In this document: piece by piece, positions 1 to 7,839 of the stretch | Numbering within the stretch: the stretch's first letter is position 1 | Layout: the number at the start of each line of letters is the position of its first letter | Made by a program: the position numbers and the translations under genes | The notes under the pieces: model-generated | What the model was told of the DNA's origin: nothing | The model's database searches: none | The model's input: only the letters and a program-made list of their open reading frames with translations | From: Halalkalibacterium halodurans | Lineage (GTDB): Bacteria > Bacillota > Bacilli > Bacillales > Bacillaceae_D | Direction: 5' to 3' | Assembly (NCBI RefSeq): GCF_004376175.1 | Contig: NZ_SNUY01000050.1 | Location: forward strand, 1 to 30,177 | DNA: 30,177 nt

Positions 1-14
1 CTGAGCCCTATTCA

Positions 15-165
15 GCTATCGGCGAAGCGAACTCTTGACAAACCGAACTTGCCAATGGTTTAAAATGGAAAAAGTCAAGGGTTTATTTAGCATGCCTTCT
101 TTTGTTCCCTTCGCCCTTGATTGACCTTTGAATAAACCATTGGTGTGTTTGTCAAGAGCGATAGC
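15..165. repeat. Long imperfect palindrome (about 150 nt, four nested inverted-repeat blocks) in apparently non-coding DNA at the window edge
   Basis: Arms read directly: GCTATCG 15-21 / CGATAGC 159-165; CTCTTGACAAAC 32-43 / GTTTGTCAAGAG 147-158; CCAATGGTTTA 52-62 / TAAACCATTGG 133-143; GTCAAGGG 74-81 / CCCTTGA 114-120. The central loop is about 30 nt. No ORF with an SD covers it. Confidence 0.7.
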
Positions 166-347
166 GTGGCATTTCCACCTAATAAATGGTAGGTAGTATG
201 AACCGTGCTAGTTTTTCATAGAACTTTTGACACTACCATTTACTTCGATATCCGTACTATTTTCACTGTAGCAAAATCTTTTTCCCGTTTCCATTTGTAT
301 GTCTATTTACTTATTCTTAAGCAGCTTCATGAAAAGAAATGAATAAG

Positions 348-379
348 AAAAAAGCATGAATGGTAAGCCACCCATGCTT
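348..379 (-). terminator. Rho-independent terminator after the chromate transporter pair
   Basis: The minus strand reads AGCATGGGTGG-CTTA-CCATTCATGCT (11-bp stem with two G-U pairs) followed by TTTTTT. It lies 9 nt after the stop codon at 388-390. Confidence 0.7.
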
Positions 380-387
380 AATAAGGT

Positions 388-930
388 TTAGGATGATACA
401 TGCCCAAGAAACAAGGCACCATAAAGGAGTGAACCGGCAATGACAAAAGCAGGGTGCACCTTCCACTTTTCCATCAGCAGGAAGCTTCCACCTGCCAATA
501 GAACCGTTTGCCATGTGCCAGCACCTTCCCATGAGGTAACGAAAAATTCAATTGCGAGCACCCCTAAAAGAACACCGATGGTTGGCTTTACGAATGAAGT
601 CATCTTTTTCACTTTCGGTGAATCTTTGAACTTATAAAGAATGCCGAGTAAAAACACCATGGCAATTAGCGATGGGGCGACAGTGGCAAACAGCGCGATG
701 GTTGCCCCGAACACACCACCTACTTCATATCCGATATATCCGGCCATTTTTGTCGCAATTGGACCGGGAAGGGCATTACCAATCGCTAACAGCTCACCAA
801 ACTCCGAGACAGTCATCCACCCGTACCGATCGACGACCTCCATTTGGATGAGCGGAATCGATGCTGGCCCTCCTCCGTAGCCGACGATATTTGGAATAAA
901 AAAAGCTAAGAAAATTTCCCAATAAATCAT
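388..930 (-). CDS. chr3C: Short-chain chromate transporter, C-terminal-type half (CHR family, Chr3C/YwrA-like)
   Basis: Translation MIYWEIFLAFFIPNIVGYGGGPASIPLIQMEVVDRYGWMTVSEFGELLAIGNALPGPIATKMAGYIGY carries the CHR-family GYGGGP and LPGP motifs. I chose the ATG at 928-930, which has the SD AGGAGCG 6 nt upstream, rather than the track start at 1008 that overlaps the upstream gene. Confidence 0.85.
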   Translation of the reverse strand: MIYWEIFLAFFIPNIVGYGGGPASIPLIQMEVVDRYGWMTVSEFGELLAIGNALPGPIATKMAGYIGYEVGGVFGATIALFATVAPSLIAMVFLLGILYKFKDSPKVKKMTSFVKPTIGVLLGVLAIEFFVTSWEGAGTWQTVLLAGGSFLLMEKWKVHPAFVIAGSLLYGALFLGHVSS

Positions 931-940
931 ATGATCGCTC

Positions 941-1525
941 CTATACCGTTTGCTTCTGCTTTTCTTTTCGGTTCGTTTTCGATTTGTCGCTTCGGCTGAC
1001 AAGGGCATAGATTAGCAAGCCTGCAATGATCACCGCAGGATGGACGCCAACCCATTCATATAAAACGAGGCTTACGATTCCGATTACCAATGTCCCTGTC
1101 CAGCCGAGTCCCTTTTTTGACTGTTTAAAAAACGAATACGTTAACGTGAGTAACATCACGCCTACGACCGGGGTTACCGCTTGAGTCATTCCTAGAACGA
1201 CTCGGGACTCTCGAAATTGGCTGAGGAGCCCGATCAAGCCAATCAACAAGACTACGGTTGGCAAAATGGTCGCGAGCACCCCGTTTACCATACCGCTCCA
1301 GCCCCCGATTCGATAGCCAATATATCCGGCCATTTTCGTATTGATCGGCCCTGGCAATGTATTTCCTAGCGCGAGAACATCGGCAAATTCATCATCGGTC
1401 ATCCACTTATAGCGTTCGACGACCTCTTTATGGACAAGGGGAATGGTTGATGGCCCCCCTCCGTACCCAAGCATGCCCGAACGGAAAAAAGCAATGAAAA
1501 TATCGCGTTGTAACGACCAGTCCAT
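941..1525 (-). CDS. chr3N: Short-chain chromate transporter, N-terminal-type half (CHR family, Chr3N/YwrB-like)
   Basis: Translation MDWSLQRDIFIAFFRSGMLGYGGGPSTIPLVHKEVVERYKWMTDDEFADVLALGNTLPGPINTKMAGYIGY is paralogous to the downstream half. The ATG at 1523-1525 has the SD GAAAGGGG upstream. The 64-codon N-terminal extension in the ORF track overlaps the divergent regulator and has no homology signal. Confidence 0.85.
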   Translation of the reverse strand: MDWSLQRDIFIAFFRSGMLGYGGGPSTIPLVHKEVVERYKWMTDDEFADVLALGNTLPGPINTKMAGYIGYRIGGWSGMVNGVLATILPTVVLLIGLIGLLSQFRESRVVLGMTQAVTPVVGVMLLTLTYSFFKQSKKGLGWTGTLVIGIVSLVLYEWVGVHPAVIIAGLLIYALVSRSDKSKTNRKEKQKQTV

Positions 1526-1620
1526 ACACTTACCCCTTTCCTTCTTTACATAATCAACATGACAGCGAACCATTCGTTTTATATAATAAATACAGGACTC
1601 CAAGTAAGTTGGTGAAATGG

Positions 1621-2070
1621 ATGAAAATTGATGCAACCGATCAAAAAATATTAGAGCTCTTAACAGAAAATGGCCGCATGTCCTATGTGGACATCGCAAA
1701 GGAATTAGGCCTTTCACGAGTGGCCATTCGCGAACGTATCCATCAGTTAAAAGAAGCAGGTGTGATCGAAAAGTTCAGCGTTGTCATTAACTCCGATAAA
1801 GTGGGTAAAAAAGTTTCTGCCTTCTTTGAAGTGGATTGTGAACCAACCTCTCTCGTGAAAGTAGCCGAAACCTTAGCGGAAAATCCAAAGGTCGCCAGCT
1901 GTTATCAAATGACTGGACCGAGCACCTTACATATGCACGTACTCGTCGAGGATTTTGACCAGCTTGAGTATTTCATTAATGAAGAATTATACGCTCTTCA
2001 AGGAATTACCCGAGTAGAAAGCCACATTTTATTGCGCCGGTTTAAAAGCCGTACAGGCTTAAAACTCTAG
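1621..2070 (+). CDS. ywrC: Lrp/AsnC family transcriptional regulator, divergent from the chromate transporter pair (YwrC/ChrS-like)
   Basis: MKIDATDQKILELLTENGRMSYVDIAKELGLSRVAIRERIHQLKEAGVIEKF is a typical AsnC-type HTH, followed by a RAM-like C-terminal domain. I prefer the ATG at 1621 to the TTG at 1609. Confidence 0.85.
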   Translation: MKIDATDQKILELLTENGRMSYVDIAKELGLSRVAIRERIHQLKEAGVIEKFSVVINSDKVGKKVSAFFEVDCEPTSLVKVAETLAENPKVASCYQMTGPSTLHMHVLVEDFDQLEYFINEELYALQGITRVESHILLRRFKSRTGLKL

Positions 2071-2077
2071 AAAACGT

Positions 2078-2107
2078 ATCGCTGAACGAGTCGTTCAGCG
2101 ATTTTAT
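2078..2107 (+). terminator. Hairpin terminator between the convergent ywrC-like and GGT-like genes
   Basis: ATCGCTGAACGA-G-TCGTTCAGCGAT (12-bp stem, 2078-2102) followed by TTTTAT. Confidence 0.75.
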
Positions 2108-2187
2108 CTTTCTCCACATATCATCCTAAATGGCTATCAATACGTTGACTCCTTCCACTTGTTCAGCTTAACAAGCGGTGAGTATTA

Positions 2188-3798
2188 TTACCACGCAGCC
2201 ACTTGCCCATCGGTTCGCGGTTCTGTTCCCCCTGCTAACACACCGGTCGTCGGGTCACGCCAAATGATTTGCCCTCGTCCGAACGCACCTTCATCTAGAA
2301 CCACTTGAATCTTGTGTCCTTTTCGCACAAGAGCCTGAGCAATATCGACCGGAAACGTCGGTTCCACTTGTACCTGTTTCCCGTTTGTCCATTGCCAACG
2401 AGGAGCATCAAGCGCCGCTTGAGGATTTAACCCAAAATCAATCGTATTCATCATCACTTGCATATGGCCTTGCGGCTGCATAAATCCACCCATGACACCG
2501 AACGGGCCAATCGGCTGATCATCTTTTGTTAAAAACCCTGGGATAATCGTATGGTATGTACGCTTTCCAGGCTTAAGCGCATTATCATGGTTCGGATCAA
2601 GTGAAAAATTGTGACCGCGATTTTGCATCGCGATCCCTGTACCTGGAACAACGACACCTGAACCGAAGCCCATATAGTTGGATTGAATAAATGACACCAT
2701 ATTTCCGTCGCCATCAGCCGTCGCTAAATATACCGTTCCCCCTCGAGGTGGAGTCCCCGGCTCAGGGATAAGCGCCTGCTCACCGATTTCCTTCCTCCGC
2801 TCAGTCGCGTATTCATCTGAGAGCAATTGCTCAACTGAAACCGACATATCGCTCGGCTCGGTGACATATTTCATCCCATCAACGAAGGCAAGCTTCATCG
2901 CTTCAATCTGCTTATGATACGTGTCCACTGTATCCTTATGATAAAATTCAAACCCTTTCACAATGTTTAAAGCCTCTAATGCGACAAGGCCTTGCCCATT
3001 TGGCGGGATTTCCCACACACGGTAGCCTCGGTAGTCAATGGAAATAGGCTCTACCCACTCTGGGCGATAACATGCTAGATCTTCCTTCGTTAAATACCCG
3101 CCATGCTTATCAAAAAAAGCATGAATTTGGTCTGCTAACTCCCCACGGTAAAATGACTCCCCATTCGACTCAGCGATACTTCGCAGCGTGTCCGCATGAC
3201 CTTGTGAGCGCCATACTTCCCCAACTCTCGGTGCCCTTCCTTTAGGGGCGAACGTGTCGAACCATGGTTGATAAACGTCGTCAGTCCACTCTGTTTTAAA
3301 TCGGTCATAGGCTGCTTTCCAATACTTTGCAAGTGTCGGAGTCACAGGATAGCCTTCCTCCGCATAACGAATCGCAGGAGCGAGTGAAGCGGCAAGCGGC
3401 AAGTTTCCATACATTTTGGCTAGCTCCGCCCAAGCACCTGGTGCACCAGGTACCGTTACAGGAATGACACCGTACGGGGGGAGTTCCTGTTCATATCCTT
3501 TTGCCTTTACCGCTTCCATCGTTAAAGACATTGGTGCTCTGCCGCTTCCGTTTAGACCGTGAAGCTTTCCTTTCGTCCATACGAGCGCGAACGCATCAGA
3601 GCCGATTCCATTCGATGTAGGCTCTAACACCGTTAAGACAGTAGCAGTGGCAATAGCTGCATCAATAGCATTCCCTCCTGCCTTTAGAATATCTAGCCCC
3701 GCTTGTGCAGCAAGAGGCTGAGAGGTGGCCACCATTCCATTTTTGGCGTAAACGACATTTCTCCGTGATGGATAAGGATACGATTGGGGGTCAAACAT
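2188..3798 (-). CDS. ywrD: Gamma-glutamyltranspeptidase family protein without a signal peptide (YwrD-like, cytoplasmic Ntn hydrolase)
   Basis: MFDPQSYPYPSRRNVVYAKNGMVATSQPLAAQAGLDILKAGGNAIDAAIATA is the GGT N-terminal region. The putative autoprocessing/nucleophile Thr lies in GGTVYLATADGDGNMVSFIQSNY, and the GGFMQPQGH motif is present. The start could be ATG 3798 or GTG 3807 (SD GGGAG). The 20-aa track extension looks spurious. Confidence 0.9.
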   Translation of the reverse strand: MFDPQSYPYPSRRNVVYAKNGMVATSQPLAAQAGLDILKAGGNAIDAAIATATVLTVLEPTSNGIGSDAFALVWTKGKLHGLNGSGRAPMSLTMEAVKAKGYEQELPPYGVIPVTVPGAPGAWAELAKMYGNLPLAASLAPAIRYAEEGYPVTPTLAKYWKAAYDRFKTEWTDDVYQPWFDTFAPKGRAPRVGEVWRSQGHADTLRSIAESNGESFYRGELADQIHAFFDKHGGYLTKEDLACYRPEWVEPISIDYRGYRVWEIPPNGQGLVALEALNIVKGFEFYHKDTVDTYHKQIEAMKLAFVDGMKYVTEPSDMSVSVEQLLSDEYATERRKEIGEQALIPEPGTPPRGGTVYLATADGDGNMVSFIQSNYMGFGSGVVVPGTGIAMQNRGHNFSLDPNHDNALKPGKRTYHTIIPGFLTKDDQPIGPFGVMGGFMQPQGHMQVMMNTIDFGLNPQAALDAPRWQWTNGKQVQVEPTFPVDIAQALVRKGHKIQVVLDEGAFGRGQIIWRDPTTGVLAGGTEPRTDGQVAAW

Positions 3799-3981
3799 CA
3801 CACTCACACGACCAGCTCCCTTTTTAAAAAGTAATAGAAAACAGATAAAAAATTTCATTTGTACATTAATAGTTCGTTAATAATGACATGATGTATGTTT
3901 TTTATTATAAATGATGTTTTTTTGTAAGTCTATCGTAAAGCTATAAGAAAAGAAGTATGAAAGGAACGCTGGTAAAAGCAG

Positions 3982-4014
3982 AAAAAGCCTCCACTTTCCA
4001 TTACGATGGGAGGC
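3982..4014 (-). terminator. Terminator downstream of the abgT remnant
   Basis: The minus strand reads GCCTCCC-ATCGTAATGGAAAGT-GGAGGC followed by TTTTT. Confidence 0.6.
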
Positions 4015-4025
4015 ATCCATTGGCA

Positions 4026-5087
4026 TTACGTGTGTAAATGAATATATTCACCTGGCCCAAGGGGAAGCCCAAGCAAATACCAGACAGTAAAGAGGATAAT
4101 CCAAATGACAGCAAAGGCGATGGAGTACGGAAGAAGCGAAGACATAAACGTACCAATGCCGATTTTAGGATCATATTTTTTGGCGAAGGTTAAAGCAATC
4201 GCAAAGTATGGCAACATCGGTGTAATCGGGTTGGTAATCGAATCTCCTACACGGTACGCCGCTTGCGTAAACGCTGGACTGTATTCAAGGAGCATGAACA
4301 TAGGGACGAACACCGGTGCAAGAATGGCCCATTTGGCTGACGCGCTGGCCACCATTAAGTTGATGAGAGCGGCAATGACGATAAAACCAAGCAGCAACGG
4401 TAAACCAGTAAATCCAATCGTTTGTAAAAAGTTCGCCCCTTTTATTGCCACGATCGGACCAAGTTGACTCCAATTAAAAAAGGCGATCATTTGCGCGGCG
4501 ACAAAGGCAATCACAATATAGGTGCCCATATTTGACATTGACTTCGCTAAATGGTCCGCAACGTCCTTCGATGACGTGAAAACCTTGGCAACAAATCCAT
4601 ACACGAGGGCTGGCACTAAGAAAAACACCATCATGATAGGAACAATTCCAGTCATAAAAGGAGAAACGGTCAATGATCCCGTTTCAGGGTCACGCAAGAG
4701 AGCCTGTTCTGGCACCGTTAAAAACAAGAAGACTACAGCAAGAATGACAACGGAAATCCCAGCCCAACGCAATCCCTTTTTCTCTTCTTTTGTTACCCCT
4801 GTTATTTCTTCTACCTCTCCAGTGTAAGTACCTAAACGGGGCTCAACAATTTTTGTCGTCACCCATACGGCAACAGGAACGAGTACGAGGCATGAGGCGA
4901 CAAGGAAATAGTAGTTCATCGCTGGATTGGCCACATAATCAGGATCAATCATTTGTGCTCCTGTCTGTGTGAACCCTGCCACGAGCGAGTCTAGCATGCT
5001 CAAAATTAAATTGGCGCTAAATCCACCAGCAACAGAAGCATAAGCGGCAGCTAGTCCAGCGAGGGGGGGCCGTCCAAGGGCAATCCT
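4026..5087 (-). pseudogene. abgT: AbgT-family (p-aminobenzoyl-glutamate/dipeptide) transporter, 5'-truncated remnant lacking about 165 N-terminal codons
   Basis: The minus-strand translation RIALGRPPLAGLAAAYASVAGGFSANLILSMLDSLVAGF ... LLGLPLGPGEYIHLHT* aligns by eye with E. coli AbgT from GRHPVAGLLAAIAGVGCGFTANLL to the C-terminal LVGLPIGPGIYPRLS. An in-frame TGA sits at 5088-5090. Only about 315 bp of AT-rich DNA remains before the next gene's terminator. There is no SD before the TTG at 5003 or the ATG at 4997. Confidence 0.75.
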
Positions 5088-5346
5088 TCAATGCTTATTC
5101 ATGGGCGAATTCCCTACTATTTCCGCCATTATAAATGAATGAAAAATGAAATCCAATATAATTTTTATAAAAATTGAAATATTTCGTTATATTTCTTTAC
5201 ATTTATTGCAGAAAACCTGCATGTTTATTAAAGTTGTCCGTGGAAATACCAATTGAGGAATTAGTAGCAACCGAGAAAAAGAATGACAAGAGCCTAAGAA
5301 CCGATTGAGAGCCCCTGCGCTATACATTTTGGTTAAACTTCTTCCT

Positions 5347-5393
5347 TAAAAAAAGCATCCACAGAGTCAACAGACTCTCTAGATGCTTTTTTT
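5347..5393 (-). terminator. Bidirectional-looking terminator after the aldehyde dehydrogenase gene
   Basis: AAAAAAGCATC-CACAGAGTC-AACA-GACTCTCTAGATGC-TTTTTTT, with an A-run and a T-run flanking an interrupted stem. It lies 13 nt after the stop at 5406. Confidence 0.75.
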
Positions 5394-5405
5394 AACTTGG
5401 GCTTG

Positions 5406-6764
5406 TTATTGGAAAAGCTTGCGCAGCATTTTCAATGACAGCTTACTCTCTTTGTATCGAATCGGGAGATCCACACTTGTTGGTTGCTTTAACACACTTT
5501 TCCGATGAGAGAACGTGTAGAAGCTCTCTTCTCCATGGTATGCACCCATTCCACTCTCACCAACGCCGCCAAACGGTAAATACGGGGTTGCTAAATGCAT
5601 GACTGTATCATTAATACATCCGCCACCAAAGGAAAGAGAATGGATTAGTTTCTCCTCTGTTTCCTTTGATTCGGTAAACAGATAAAGGGCAAGGGGATGC
5701 GGCCTCTCACGCACTTTTTCAATCACTTCATCTAGTTCAGAAAAGGAAAACACCGGTAGGATAGGGCCGAATATTTCATCTTCCATTACTGGACTTTCCC
5801 ATGAAACATTCGTTAAAACGGTTGGGGCTATGAACCGTTTATTGCGCTCATGCTGCCCACCGATGACCACATCTCCATCTTGCAAAAATCGGATGAGTCG
5901 CGCAAAATGACGATCACTGACGATCGTTGGATAGTCGCCTCTGTCGATCTTACGTTGAAAAAGCGTTTTTATTTCTGTTTGCAGCGCCTTTAAAAAGTCC
6001 TCTTTTTTTGAGTCATGTACGAGGACATAATCTGGGGCAACACACGTTTGTCCCGCATTCAAAAATTTCCCCCATGCTATTCTTTTCGCCGTCACAGCGA
6101 TCTGCGCGTCTTCGCACACAATCGCTGGGCTTTTGCCACCAAGCTCTAAAGTGACAGGCGTTAAATGACGAGAAGCAGCTTTCATTACATGTTTCCCAAC
6201 ACCGACACTTCCTGTGAAAAAGATATAGTCCATCTTCTCCGCTAAAAGGGCTTGACTCGTTTCCACTCCCCCTTCCACTGAACAAACGTATTCTTCAGGG
6301 AATGTGTTTTCGATCATTTTGGTGATGACGCCAGAAGTAGCAGGTGTTAATTCAGATGGCTTCACGATTGCACAATTTCCTGCTGCAATAGCACCAATCA
6401 GCGGATTAATCGCTAGCTGCAAGGGGTAGTTCCATGGGGCGATAATGAGCACGACCCCATAAGGCTCATAATGGATGTACCCTTTTGAGCCAACGTGGGT
6501 CAGCGGTGTTTTCACTTTTTTTCGCTTCATCCAAGTCGGTAAATGCTTTAACATAAACGTGATCTCGTGATAAAGGGGGCCAAGCTCCGTTAAAAACGCC
6601 TCTGACGTCGATTTATTTAAATCTTCTTTTAAGGCGGCAAGCAATTCGTTTTCATAGTCTAGGAGCGCTTTTTTTAGTTTTTTTAACATGTTCATGCGAA
6701 ATGAAAGCTCTTTTGTTTCGTTCGTATGAAAATATCTCCGCTGCATTTGAACTTTTTCCTTCAT
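5406..6764 (-). CDS. NAD(P)+-dependent aldehyde dehydrogenase, class 3 type (YwdH-like)
   Basis: ALDH motifs are present: FTGSVGVGKHVM, LELGGKSP (general-base Glu), NAGQTCVAPDY (catalytic Cys) and EIFGPILPV. I chose the ATG at 6762-6764 with SD GGAGG 8 nt upstream. The track start is a TTG that lies inside the SD. Confidence 0.9.
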   Translation of the reverse strand: MKEKVQMQRRYFHTNETKELSFRMNMLKKLKKALLDYENELLAALKEDLNKSTSEAFLTELGPLYHEITFMLKHLPTWMKRKKVKTPLTHVGSKGYIHYEPYGVVLIIAPWNYPLQLAINPLIGAIAAGNCAIVKPSELTPATSGVITKMIENTFPEEYVCSVEGGVETSQALLAEKMDYIFFTGSVGVGKHVMKAASRHLTPVTLELGGKSPAIVCEDAQIAVTAKRIAWGKFLNAGQTCVAPDYVLVHDSKKEDFLKALQTEIKTLFQRKIDRGDYPTIVSDRHFARLIRFLQDGDVVIGGQHERNKRFIAPTVLTNVSWESPVMEDEIFGPILPVFSFSELDEVIEKVRERPHPLALYLFTESKETEEKLIHSLSFGGGCINDTVMHLATPYLPFGGVGESGMGAYHGEESFYTFSHRKSVLKQPTSVDLPIRYKESKLSLKMLRKLFQ

Positions 6765-6788
6765 TACAACAACCTCCAAAGTTTTCGA

Positions 6789-6908
6789 TTACTTGAGAAA
6801 TAGCACGTGTCCTTGCTGGACTAAAAAGACAAGTAAAAGGAGGAGCCCCCCAGCCAATAGCAATTCCACAATGGCCCCGCGATAAACTTTTCCGACCTGC
6901 TGTTGCAT
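6789..6908 (-). CDS. Candidate 39-aa single-TM peptide between the membrane protein and the aldehyde dehydrogenase (below the ORF-track cutoff)
   Basis: Hand translation gives ATG 6906-6908 ... TAA 6789-6791: MQQQVGKVYRGAIVELLLAGGLLLLLVFLVQQGHVLFLK. It starts 17 nt after the upstream stop (6926-6928). The SD is poor, so this is speculative. Confidence 0.2.
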   Translation of the reverse strand: MQQQVGKVYRGAIVELLLAGGLLLLLVFLVQQGHVLFLK

Positions 6909-6925
6909 CGGTTCGATTCGGTCAC

Positions 6926-7438
6926 TTAATTCGTATAAAAATGGGCGTCGCGCCAAAAAACGAAAGGGTCGGTTGATGACAAGCTTGATCGAATGTGGAA
7001 TCTCCTCTTTTTCTTATACCATACTAGATCGATCGATGCCCGTGACGACGGCAGCAAATAACGCTCGACCGGCTTCCCGAGTAAACTTTCACGATAACCA
7101 TCCTCTTGGCGAATATCGTCCTCGTAGTTTAAGAGACATTCTTGAACTAGCGAACGGAGGGTATTTATCTGACCATTCGGAATAACATACAAAGCACTTC
7201 GATACCTTTTTATAATCAAAAGGACGGTTACGAAAAGAAGCAGGCAAATATGAAAAATAACACTTGCACGATCTGGATATAAAACAAAACCTTGAAAGCT
7301 GATCGGAAGAATAAATACGAAATCTAAGATCGGGGAATCTTCCTTAATGATTCCTGTTCTACGTAAATTTTTTACCCCGCGAAACATAAAAACAATCATA
7401 CCAATGATCAGAACAACTACAATGATTCCGGCGTTCAT
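6926..7438 (-). CDS. Hypothetical membrane protein (2-3 predicted TM helices at the N-terminus, basic soluble C-terminal part)
   Basis: 170-aa ORF. The ATG at 7436-7438 is preceded by GATAGGAGAGGTAG. There are hydrophobic stretches IIVVVLIIGMIVFMF and VIFHICLLLFVTVLLII. I recognise no family. Confidence 0.55.
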   Translation of the reverse strand: MNAGIIVVVLIIGMIVFMFRGVKNLRRTGIIKEDSPILDFVFILPISFQGFVLYPDRASVIFHICLLLFVTVLLIIKRYRSALYVIPNGQINTLRSLVQECLLNYEDDIRQEDGYRESLLGKPVERYLLPSSRASIDLVWYKKKRRFHIRSSLSSTDPFVFWRDAHFYTN

Positions 7439-7706
7439 TATGTACTACCTCTCCTATCTTCTGTCACTGAACTCATTTGACTTGCTTTAAGAATTCATCC
7501 TCTTAACAACCTCAACTCATCTTCGTCCATTTTATTCCTACCCCCTCATATTGTAAATGAAAATCATCTAATCAGACGGCTAGTACTTTTGGATAATCTG
7601 CCCCTAGCTTCTATACGAACAAAAGTAATCTCATGTTCCATTTCACCCTTAAAGAAAGCTCGACGATTGCAAAGCCTTATTTTCAGAAACCAGTTCAAAG
7701 TGCATG

Positions 7707-7740
7707 AAAAAATCAGAGTAGACAAACGCTCTACCCTGAT
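7707..7740 (-). terminator. Rho-independent terminator about 100 nt downstream of rnhA
   Basis: The minus strand reads ATCAGGGTAG-AGCGTTTGT-CTACTCTGAT (10-bp stem, one G-U pair) followed by TTTTTT. Confidence 0.7.
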
Positions 7741-7839
7741 CTCAATCCGTTTAGCTAGTTTTTTGAATGACAATCGCGTCATTTTGAAATTCAACTATCC
7801 AAATCAATCGTTTCGTTTTTCTTTTAATTTTTACTTATC

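Noticed and set aside
1-63. Frame-1 reading frame open from the window edge to the TAA at 61-63 (LSPIQLSAKRTLDKPNLPMV*), a possible 3' end of an upstream gene
   Set aside because: Only 20 codons are visible, nothing is recognisable, and they overlap the left arm of the palindrome. This cannot be supported without upstream sequence.
941-1717. N-terminal extensions of several track ORFs (941-1717, 388-1008, 2188-3858, 5406-6779, 10919-11935, 20921-21769, 24445-25467, 25619-28042)
   Set aside because: In each case an internal ATG with a properly spaced SD coincides with the onset of family similarity. The extension either overlaps a neighbouring gene or the SD itself.
5090-5346. AT-rich 250-bp region examined for a riboswitch, T-box, small ORF or IS scar
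   Set aside because: I could find no conserved riboswitch core, no inverted terminal repeats and no SD-preceded ORF. It is best explained as deletion-junction or decayed sequence of the abgT 5' region.
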